The notes beneath the pieces are model-generated. The model did not search any database. It had not been told where the DNA came from and saw only the letters and a program-made list of their open reading frames with translations. DNA of 64,000 bases from Asterias rubens (Eukaryota). The DNA is taken from positions 5,270,001-5,334,000 of the forward strand of contig NC_047078.1 in assembly GCF_902459465.1 (NCBI RefSeq), read 5' to 3'. Below, piece by piece: positions 49,521 through 61,019 of this stretch (the first letter of the stretch is position 1; every line of letters starts with the position of its first letter). The position numbers were made by a program, and so were the translations under genes.

Positions 49521-50445
49521 TTACATTTTGTTTGTTTGCAGATGACACAAGTTTGTTGTATTCAGATAAAAATGTAGACTTAGCTGTGCAGAACCTTAAT
49601 ATTGAGCTCAGGGTAATCACTTCTTGGCTTTTAGCAAATAAATTATGTATAAACGTTCTCAAATCAAATTATATTATATTTTGTGCTAGCCAGTTCAAGT
49701 ACACTCAGTCTGTTCCTTTAATTCTAAATAATGCCAATCTTGAGCAGGTTAAGGGTACTAAATTTCTGGGAATTCATATTGATGAAAATTTGACTTGGAA
49801 GAAGCATATTGGCACTATAGCAGTTAAAATATCTAGAAATTTAGGTATAATGAATCGGCTTAAAAATTTCCTTCCCTGTAGCATATTACTGACCTTGTAC
49901 AACTCTTTTATTTTACCTTATCTTTATTACGCAATTTTGACATGGGGAAGTCCAGCTCCTAAATGTAATAAACTTCTCACTCTTCAGAAACGTGCAGTTC
50001 GGGTTATTTCCAAAGCGGACTATTGTGAGCACTCTGGGCCTCTCTTTTGTAATTTAAAACTGTCAAAATTCGTTGACCTTTATCATCTTAACTTAGGAAA
50101 GTTTATGTATAAATATATGAATAATCTTTTACCTGCTTGTTTCAACTCCAGTTTTACACTTACCTCAAACATCCATTCCTATTAAACCCGTAGCGCTGCT
50201 AGGAAAAATCTGTACAGTATATATATGTTAACTATCGTAGAACCTCGTTGTCTGAAAATGGTGTTGTCCAGCGTGGCACTTTATTTTGGAATAGTCTGGA
50301 TGACTCTTTTAAATCATTGCGTACTCTCTCAACTTTTACCAAAAAACTTAAACTCGTTTTCTTAATGAATACTAAGATTCTGATGTTATTTGTGTATGTA
50401 GAAATTGTAACGGCTTTATTTTCTGTCTTACACCTGTCAATTTTG
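49521..50445 (+). mobile_element. 5'-truncated LINE (L2/Crack/CR1 group), RT C-terminal half
   Basis: FADDTSL, WLLANKLCINVLKSNYIIF, KFLGIHIDENLTWKKHI, LYNSFILPYLYY..WG, LQKRAVRVI; 3' end lost by deletion. Confidence 0.9.
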
Positions 50446-51469
50446 CTACCTATCTATCTCTTGTTATTAAAAGTTGTGATATGTTGGGAACTTTGCACCG
50501 CTGTCGAATTTGCACGGTGATCACAAAGTCTAAAATGTTCATGTGACACGTTAACATTAAGGCACTTAATAGAGCTCCAACTGACGAGCGAAACAAGAGA
50601 GGTTAAAAATAATCGTGACGATTAACCGATTTCTAAAACTACTGTACGTGCTAACATTAAGAAACATCGGTGTATTGGTAAAAACCAAAATTAGTATTCT
50701 TTCAGATTTGGTTTTTGCTAAAAACAGTTGCTGGCAGTGTAAACGCTATATGTAATACACCTATACATAAACTGACAAACCTCTTGAAGTTTGAGATCGA
50801 TCGGCCATCTGGGTAAAGAGAGAATAGCGAAAAAATTGCATTGCATCGATGCCAAAATAAAAATCTAATAAAACGCTCATTGAGCGACAAACTCCAAACG
50901 CGAAGTTAGATTATTTATTTATCATCAAATATGACATTTCAGAGAGAAATATTTCAAGGGGTGTTTTCAACTATCATCATCATTAGACTGTGTGAGTTTT
51001 ATGAAGATCTGTGTTCTTCGGGATTTTTGTTTCTTACCAATTCTGTAACGTTCCTGTAACATCTATGCTGTTGTTAAGACCGATTATGTGTTGTGTTTAT
51101 GCTCTTCTCGCCTAATTTTGTTTTTCTGGCTTTTCTGGGTTTTGGTACACCTTTAACATTTTAAACTCGTGACAGGCTGTTATGCTTTTCTGCGGGCATC
51201 CCACTGTTTTTTAAGTTAATTTTTTAATATGTTATTTGTAATGTGTGTGGGCGTGTACTTGTGAATGTTTTGAAAATCATACGGCAAATTGTTGATGTCA
51301 GGAATTTATATAGGCGTACGCCAACGCAATCGCTCGATCCAATATTTGGCAATTTTCAGCGATTTCCAAAATTCACAACGTTTAAATTTGTTTTTTACCA
51401 GAGTTGCTTTCAACTTCGACCTCAAGATTCAAGTTTCGGCCTAAAGGTAAGTCATAACGGTCTTCCAGT

Positions 51470-51501
<32 letters not shown>

Positions 51502-52706
51502 CCTTTTTAACAAGTCTCTCTTGAGGAATGGTGTTGCTTTATTTTCAATAAAAAATATCACCCTTTCCTAATAGCTTCCCCTTGTTTGATTGCTTTATAA
51601 ATCTCTGATTAAAGGCACTGAACACGTTAGGAAATTGTCAAAGACCAGTCTTCTCACTTGGTGTATCTCAACATATGCACTTAAGGTCAAAGTTGTGAAA
51701 ATTTGAACTCATTTGGTCGTCGAAGTTGGGAGATAATAATGGAAGAAAATACACCCTTGTCACACGAAGTTGTGTGCTTTCAGATGCTTGATTTCGAGAC
51801 TTCAAATTCTAAACCTGAGATCTCGAAATCAAGTTCGTGGAAAATCACTTCTTTTTCGAAAACTACGTCACTTAAGAGGGAACCGGTTCTCACAATGTTT
51901 TATACTATAAACGCTCGACATTGCTTATTACCAAGTGAGGTTTTATGCTAACATGTATTTTGAGTAATTACCAATGTATAGTGTCCAGTGCCTTTAAGGG
52001 AATTTTGTTTCCATAGTTTCAATCACCCACTCCTGTTAGTTTTCCTTGTGATTACTGTCTTTGATTTACTGAAACTTAATGTTAACAAATATTGAGGATT
52101 GACACGAGTTATTGCAAAAAAGGGTTGACGTTAGATGATACATGTACAATCAGACAACAACATATGTGATAAAAATAGACAACAACTCTGGCATCGTTCG
52201 CAGTTCAAACGAAGAGCACAGCATTTCACCCTTTTCCATCATTCTTAAAACAGTTATTGACTGACAGGAAATGTGTTTTTGTTTATATTAAACAACACCC
52301 GTGACACTTATATGTTGCAGGATATAAGAGGGATCATTTATGAAACAAACAGCCCACAATAATGTACAATTTGATTGCATTGTTGCCCAACCATCAGTAC
52401 ATTTCATAGACTTAATTTCAGTGTTCTGTTGTGTAACCCCAACTTGTGTCTGTTAGGTATGATTACTGCATGTATGCAATATATGAAACCATCATGGTGG
52501 TAGAACTCCATTATGAAACGCTGTGTATTTTGAGGAAGTAACGTAACGTAGTTCTAAGCAGTGTCAACGAAATTACATTCAAGTTTATTATTAAACGGAA
52601 AGGCTAAGGGAAAGCATAGTTCGCGACACACTTGACCTATCACGTTGTGTAGGAGTGTTGCCCTTTGAACCTGTCCCCTGTGCACAACAGCTGCTGTCGA
52701 CATTAA

Positions 52707-53590
52707 AGGCAGTGGACACTATTGGTAATTACTCAAAATACTTATTAGCATAAAGCCTTACTTGGTGACGAGTAATGGGGAGAGGTTGATAGTATATAAA
52801 CATTGACTGCTTCGAGTGCTATGGTTAAAACTATGACTCCGCCCAAGGTGATCCCCGGAGCGTTCTATTTTCCTGAGGCGAAGCCGAGGGAAAATAGAAC
52901 GCTACGGGGATCACCGAGGGAGTCATAGTTTTTAACCATTGCACGAGTAAAAGCAGCCAATATTTGTTTTGCAACACCCCAAACATTTCTAAATACTGTA
53001 CTATTATTATTAAGTTACAGACCTGAATGCTACGATCCACGGACGACGCGAATACAGATTGCAAAAACTTTTACTGTGCTGCATGTAGTGTCGTGCAATC
53101 CGAAATGGTTACAGACTATTAATTTATCATCCTCGTACACGCAACGGACGTCTGGGTACTGCGCGCCGTGTGCTAGTCTTCGGACTAGCGCACGGCAAAC
53201 CAACGCACTATCACACGGCCGTCGTCTAGCAAAACTAAGACATGTCATGTGACGCGCTCTAAACCAATGAGCAGGCAGAATACTTGTAAGGGGTGTTATA
53301 GTATAAAACATTGTCAGAAAAAGCGCCCTCTGAAGTGACATGGTTTTCGAGAAAGAAGTAATTTTCCACGAATTTGATTTCGAGACCTAAATTAAGGATT
53401 TGAGGTCTCGATATCAACCATCTAAAAACACACAACTTCGTGTGACAAGGGTGTTTTTTCTTTCGTTGTTTTCTCGCAACTTTGACGACCAATTGAGCTC
53501 AAATTTTCACAGGTTTGTTATTTTATGCATGTTGAGATACACCAAGTGAGAAGACTGGTCTTTGACAATTACCAATAGTGTCCACTGTCT
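52707..53590 (-). mobile_element. Kolobok-type MITE carrying the GCGAAGC-hairpin element
   Basis: TTAA at both ends (52703-52706, 53591-53594); ~500-bp insert at 52803-53305. Confidence 0.85.
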
Positions 53591-56500
53591 TTAACCTATA
53601 CTCTGGTTACATTGCCATGATGCGTCACGTGCCTCTCGTGTATATCATATCTTTCAATCAGTCTGAGTACGTACATGATATGAACCTTGAACTTGAGCCG
53701 ACATATTTGCACACAGGGTCACACTCTATACACGACAATCATTTTGCAGATTTTGCATATTATTGCTGCGCGATCGAGAGCGATGCCCACCAGCAGGTAC
53801 TGTCTGGATCGTTTTATGTAAACAACACCAGTTTTTGCAGTGTATGAGTTGACTAGGCCTGTAGACTGAACGTCACCTTGGTATATGGGAAATCACTTTG
53901 CTGTGTTCGAAACGTGGAAAACCAAACCACGGCTCTTTTCAGAGCCGCCATAAAAAGCTTTATTGCATGGTTGTATACCCGCAAATGTGTTCTCAAAAAA
54001 TACAATACAAACTGAACTAACAAAATAATCACAAGACCAGACTTGCAGCTGCTTCACTGATGACATCGACCGCATTTATAATACCGCTGCCTTGCATATT
54101 ATGCACGCCCTTCCAAATGTCATACAGTGCATATCGTTATGTGATAGAAGCCATGACATTCAACCACGACACTGCAGAGTGGTACCAATTATCTTTTCAG
54201 ATACATTTATTTCATGTCAACATCAATTAATACAGTGTGATAATATTGTTCAGAAAACATATAATAACTTGTACTAAGGATCACTTAATCCAGTTAATGA
54301 ACAATTATAAAAAAAACAGTTTGACGTAAGGCAGTGGACACTATTGGTAATTACTAAAAATAATTATTAGCGTAAAACCTCATTGGGTGACGAGTAATGG
54401 GGATAGGTTGATGGTACAAAACATTGTGAGAAACGGCTCCCTCTGAAGTGCCATAGTTTTCGAGAAAGAAGTAATTTTCCACGAATTTGATTTCAATACC
54501 TCAGAATTAGAACTTGAGGTCTCGAAATCATCTGAACGAACACAACTTTGTTCGAAAAGGGTGTTTTTTTCTTTCATTATTATCTCGCAACTTTGATGAC
54601 CGATTGAGCAGGTTTGTTGTTTTATGCATAATGTTGAGATACACCAACTTTGAACTAGTCTTTGACGATTACCAATAGTGTCCACTGCCTTTAAGATGTA
54701 GGAGAAAGAAGAAGCAAGAGCTGTTTTCCCTCTTCCCTAAAGACAAGGACACTTTACACAAAAGCATACACAAACAAACAAAGAGGACATGGACGTTATG
54801 TACATTATGCATGAGTGAGACTAGGCTATAGATAAATAATTACGAAAAAAAGTTGTGTATTAAAACAAAAAAGATATATAATTAATAAGTAGTGTATAAA
54901 TCAATCAAAATCTTCTTAAACTTTTTACGAAAAGAAAAAACACTGACTGTTTATGTTCTGCATTAAGACTATTCCAATAAAGGACCCCTTTATGAAACAC
55001 TCTTTTTATAAGACAAACAAGAAGCAGAAGAAAAAGAAGGAACGAAGAAAAATGAACAAATAAAGAAGCAAAAGGGGCGTATAGCTACTAAGCTGACCTC
55101 CCAGGGTTTCAGAAAATAAAAATGTAAACGATCGGAATTTTAATGGATCGTCAGATGTTTTTCACACATGAACAATGATCCATTCCTCAATCCAGTGAGG
55201 CACCTCCTGGCCCACCGTCATTGTGCAAAGATTATGTTAATGTAAATGCACGAGGCTATGCTAGTCAGCACACACTCGGATAGCGATTCAACCATTGGTA
55301 GGATATAATAATACCACAAAACACTCTTTCGCACAAGAGGTAAGTTTTGTTTTGATATGGTGAAATATTTTCGGGAAAACTTAACACGGTTTGGCCGCCT
55401 ATGTAGCTGTTGTTGTCGGTAAATGTCTACGGTAGTTGTATATGCACCCTTGAAAGCAATCCAAAATGACAAACCGTTTCACAACAGTCGCATGAGATGT
55501 ACACACGCATGTGCTATTATTATTATTTTGTACCTTATTCAAACTGAATAAAGATGACGATTTGTGCTAACTAACCCTCTGTGCTGTTGAGACGAACCCT
55601 AAACAATTCGCACCGTTCATAGTGTTCCGCACGTTATGCCGGGGTGAAACATGCTCTTGCACATTAATTATTACGCATGCAAGACAATTATTACAGGTTT
55701 GTTTCGATCATGTGTTCCTATCATGCTTAAAATCCACGAGTGAAAAACAACACTCTAATCACAGAATCTAAGATTAAAATTAAATTGTCAGGGGCCTACT
55801 ACTGCAGAAAACAAACATGGCATTTTGTCAAGACATTCGTGAGTAGTATATAATGACCCCGTTTTCTGAAGGCGGGTCATGACCCACAGTCATGTGGGTC
55901 ATTGTGGGTCTTCGATGAAGGTGGGAGTTTCCCCGAACGTATCGGTGAATAGTAGATTGGTCGATAATGCTGCAAGGGGTGTACATGCTTATGGTGCATA
56001 ATGGAATAATTTCATAAATATTTGAGCTATAGTGTTTTAATATGTCTTTTTGATTGTTTAACTTGGACGATGTAGCGTACAATGTATTGTGTAACTAATT
56101 AAACTATTACACAAGTCATTTTTATGAAAACGAAGACGTGTCAAGCAAGAACATCCCGGTCAAAAATGTAGCAGTCCACTGCGTAGTGTCGTATGCAGCG
56201 TTCTAATCGTGTCCAAACATGTTCAAGCGGGTCATAGGACGAATCAACGATATAATCACGAACTTCCGCAACCGTTGCGCAATTGAGAAAACTGGTTGTT
56301 ATTTAAATGACGAGAATTTCAGAACTACAAACTTATTTTTTATAGCTCCATTGTTGTCGTGATTAAATTAGCAAGAAGGACTGCTAATAATAATATATGA
56401 TTTGGTGTATTCTAACTTTTGTCGCGCCGTATTGGGTTTTGTTTGTACACTGATTAATGAGTTGATAATTCTTTAACGAAGTTTGTTAACATTTGTACTA

Positions 56501-59267
56501 TTTGTTGTTTCGTTTTATAGCCTATGTGAAACAATTGTTAATTATATGTTGGGGGTACAATATTTTGTGATTATTATTTCAAACATATATATTATACATT
56601 TTTATTTTTTATTTTATACAAACATACGTTTACTTTATTGTATACAGATGACAGCACAATGATATACCCATACAATACATATGGGTCATATATTATTCAA
56701 CACAAAGCTCTTAACTTGTATATGCATAGGCCTACAATAAATGAATCACAATGTAAAATATGCCGAACTCACCGCTTAGCATTACTTTTTGTTTTGAAAA
56801 ATAATTTCTCCACTCGTGCATGCGTTTGATGGGCAACGGTTCCAATCAACAAAACCCGGGATCATCAAATTCTCCTATCACGGTTGTTAACTTTTTAATT
56901 TTTTTGACAAAATAGAATTAGCTGTTGCAAACAACTTACCAACCCAAATAACCGATGGTATAAATGCAAAAGATAGTATAAATGGCCTGACTTTTCTGCA
57001 AGGGAAAACAAATGTTTCTGTATTGATGAATTATATTCAAAAACTAAAGGGTCAAATATTTAATAATTGTTTGCTCTCAGTTGGTTTTATAGAGGGGGTG
57101 ATGACGTGGAGAGAGGGTTTGATTACAAATATATAAACCACACTTATCTCGTGGAACTTACATGAACAATTTGAATAACCCCTGGTGGTAGAAATAAACC
57201 CAGTCTATGTTAGTGTTTCCCCCTTTATCCATCATGGTACCACAAGGACAAAACAAGCTGGTTACTATACGGGATGAAGTGAATTAGTAAACATGAGCGT
57301 TCGTTTTGGGGGGTGATGCTCGAGGGGTATTTGTTGTATTTGTCATCAAAACATAGGCCTAAATGAGGTAGATTGCTGATAAACAAAGCTAAATGGAAAT
57401 CAGATGGCAACCTTTAACTTTTTGAAATGCACATTCGTTTCGAAATATTCTAATATGAATGATAATAATAAAGAAACAAACTTACAAAGCGCAAAAACAA
57501 AAGCAGAAATAATCCGCCTCAGGGCGCTCGGAAAGAACAGCAATAAAAGTCTGGACCAGACAAATATTTATATACAAAGCAAAGTAATACACAGACAAAT
57601 AATTTCAGGAATTCAGATAATCATACAGATGTCAATGTCAAGAATACTGATACAAAATGGACAATACTAACAGCATTTTCGTTTTACAATGTAAAAAGTA
57701 CAATAACGACAATTCGAATTTTAGAATGTTAAAAAATACTGCCTCAAGCCATTGGACACTTTCGGTAAACAGTATTGTCCAAAAGCCCACACTTCGTGTA
57801 TCACAACTGATATATAAAATAACAAACCTGTGACAATTTAAGCTCAGTCGGTCATCGGAGACGGGAGAAAATAACGGGAAAATCCACCCTTGTTTCCGTT
57901 ATTCTCGATATCGAGAATTGATAATTGTTTTAATATTTTCATGGAGTAATATTTCAAGAGAAGTCTTTCACCATTACCTTCTGCAAAAGTGTATGATGAT
58001 ACACTACTCCTCAAAAGCTACCAGAGTATTACTGCGTATTTGTGTGAATACCAATAATAATAAATAATAATAATAATTAACCATTCTTATATAGCGCATA
58101 ACACATAGAAATCAAACATGTCCCTAAGCGCTTCAATGTGAAACATAATAACTTATTTCGCAAGATTTTTTCGTAATTTCAAGGGACATGTTTTGTTAAT
58201 ACTAGTGACATGCATGACTGTCGATGTGATGTAGATGGCTCACCCACTTCACAATGTTGTTGTGATACTGCAACGTGCAGCTTGCAACTGCATCTATTTT
58301 TAGAGCCTGTGATCTTTGACCTGAAACAGACTATAAAGTAATATGCATTGATAAATGGGACTGTGAAGTACACGGGAAATGTACATTGTGTTTGCGTGAA
58401 TGTTTACTAAGTAATCAAAAGCCATAGTTAGTGTTTTTCAAAAGTTTGGCCTGAAGTGCTATATGGGACTTGGGCGGTTGCCAGTTTTGTTGGCGTACCA
58501 AACAATCTAGCAGTGTTAAGCGCGCTGAATGAGCTCTGGGGTTGGCGCCAGTTTTGTGGCGTCGGCCCTACCGATATGACTAACAATCAACAAACTTCAA
58601 AATAAGTTGCTCTAGAAGTGTATTTTGAAAAGTGAGTACAAACGTCTTTGTCTTTTATATCGGTTAAAAATGGTGACGGGAATTACGCAACAGTAAAATA
58701 AGAGGTTGGTCTGCATTAAGTGTTTGGGAAGGAGTTCTGACGGAGAAATGACAGTTCACGATGCACTGTCAGCCTATGCTACTAAAGCTTGTACACTTAC
58801 CGGACTTTCGGGGACCGGTAGGGAGACAAGTCATGGCCCTTAGTAGGCTACCCTAGACATAGTTCACAATTCGAGCCATGATCTTGCCATAAAATGTTAA
58901 TTTGGTGACAAACAAATAAATGTAAAACTTAAAGGGGGTTTTGTTTTTGTACTCGTTTATAACAGATTCTTATTTGTTAAAAACGACCATCACTTCCCGA
59001 TTCCGCATTTTCCGCATATCTAAATTTTGACATAGGCCCTTATCAATAACCTGACCAGGCATAAATTACCTCTAGGCGTTATTCTTAAAATCAGTTTGTT
59101 TCAACTTGGGAAAACACTCATATTTCTTAAGCTTACCGATTTCCGACTTTAAAATAAAAATGCTATATTTTTGCTCCTCTTTATAATGTCACAAAATACT
59201 ATTGGTTTTGCACTACTCATGTTTTTGTTTTAGTATTTTTTTTGTACTGTCAGACGGCAGACAGTAG

Positions 59268-60389
59268 TACTAAGCCCGGGAAGGGACAGTGGTAAGAAAA
59301 AAATATGCAGGGGCTAATTCGTTCGCACGGTTAAGTAATCCGTTCGAACGAATTAATAATCCGTTCGAACGAATTAATAATCCGTTCGCACGGTTTAGTA
59401 ATCCGTTCGCACGGTTTAGTAATCCGTTCGAACGAATTAGTAATCCGTTCAAACGAATTAATAATCCGTTCGCACGGTTTAGTTATCCGTTCGAACGAAT
59501 TAGCAATCCGTTTGAACGAATTAGTAATCCGTTCGCACGGTTTAATAATCCGTTCGAACGAATTAGTAATCCGTTCGAACGAATTAGCAATCCGTTCGAA
59601 CGAATTAGTAATCCGTTCGCACGGTTTAACTAAGGCATGAAATGGCGCTGCACGCATGCGTAAGCAATCCCCTCACAACAACACTTTGCTTCAAGATGTC
59701 CACCCTCGTCTTTTCAATTAGCAATGCATCTATTGACAAACTTATCAACACGGTCATCATCAGAGTCAGAACTTGTGTTGCGGCCCTCTGCCATCTTGAA
59801 GCAAAAAGTTGTTGTGAGGGGATTGCTTACGCATGCGTGCAGCGCCATTTCATGCCTTAGTTAAACCACTGAACGGATTACTAATTCGTTCGAACGGATT
59901 GCTAATTCGTTCGAACGGATTACTAAATCGTTCGAACGAATTATTAAACCGTGCGAACGGATTACTAATTCGTTCAAACAGATTGCTAATTCGTTCGAAC
60001 GGATAACTAAACCGTGCGAACGGATTATTAATTCGTTTGAACGGATTACTAATTCGTTCGAACGGATTATTAGACCGTGCAAACTGATTGTTAATTCGTT
60101 CGAACGGATTACTAAACCGTGCGAACGGATTACTAAACCGTGCGAACGGATTACTAATTCGTTCAAACGGATTGCTAATTCGTTCGAACGGATAACTAAA
60201 CCGTGCGAACGGATTATTAATTCGTTTGAATGGATTACTAATTCGTTCGAACGGATTACTAAACCGTGCGAACGGATTACTAAACCGTGCGAACGGATTA
60301 TTAATTCGTTCGAACGGATTACTAAACCGTGCGAACGAATTAGCCCCTGCATATTTTTTTCTTACCACTGTCCCTTCCCGGGCTTAGTA
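59268..60389. mobile_element. IS3EU-like foldback element (1122 bp) with 21-bp tandem arrays in both arms
   Basis: TAC...GTA termini, 6-bp CAGTAG on both sides (59262-59267, 60390-60395). Arms cover everything except a 93-bp spacer (59699-59791); ~15 and ~23 units of taatccgttcgaacgaattag/taatccgttcgcacggtttag. Confidence 0.85.
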
Positions 60390-60659
60390 CAGTAGCGCAT
60401 ATGCGAAGCTGTTTTTATAACACGTCACTATGTTTTTTTGGGAAAGTCACCCTCTCACAGAGATGCGTCACCACTCCTTAAAAAGCTATCATGGCTGCAT
60501 ATTTGTGTGATTACAAAGGCGAAAATAATAAGAACTTATTGCGAAAGACAGGCTATATCTGTATTGTATTTCAGTTTATAACCCTGCGTTAAGTGACCTT
60601 GCCGTGGTTTTATTGGCACAATTAGCGTTTTTTTTTTTTAAATTACTCCTCTAATGAAT

Positions 60660-60990
60660 AAAGTAGAAAACCTTTTTTTCTTGACTTCCTCCATTATACG
60701 ATTGAGTAACATAATGGAGAATTTGAGTGACCTAGCTTCAGGTTTATCTGCTACATCTATATCAAGTGCCAGTGGCACAGGATCCAAGGTTCTGGGGGAT
60801 TTCCCAATGTTGCAAAAGAATAATGAGCATACATGACATGTAGCAACCTACTGCTGGGCATGAAAATGCCAGGCGAGCTTGTCTGTCAACATATTATTAA
60901 GTTTCAAAATTTCAAGGGATATTATGTATAGTGACGTATGGTTCGACATACCCACTTGGCCGTGTTGTTATGGTGATGCAACTTGTAGCT
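60660..60990 (-). pseudogene. Possible degraded SWIM-type transposon ORF fragment
   Basis: Minus strand reads AFSCPAVG...LLQHWEIPQ, loosely like the CSCPAG and LQQW..P motifs of ISL2EU-type second ORFs; weak. Confidence 0.25.
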
Positions 60991-61019
60991 GGTACCCGTG
61001 CTTCACAAAACATTAGTTT

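Larger units (their letters stand above)
46069..57336 (+). repeat. Most complete copy of the ~10.6-kb backbone unit
   Basis: The sequence at 46069 (attattcaacacaaagctc) recurs at 56692, giving a period of ~10,620 bp with ~640-bp terminal redundancy. Confidence 0.85.

Noticed and set aside
59270-60368. Heptad-repeat ORFs (NPFERIS)n
   Set aside because: Translation of 21-bp units in a foldback element; mirrored in both arms.
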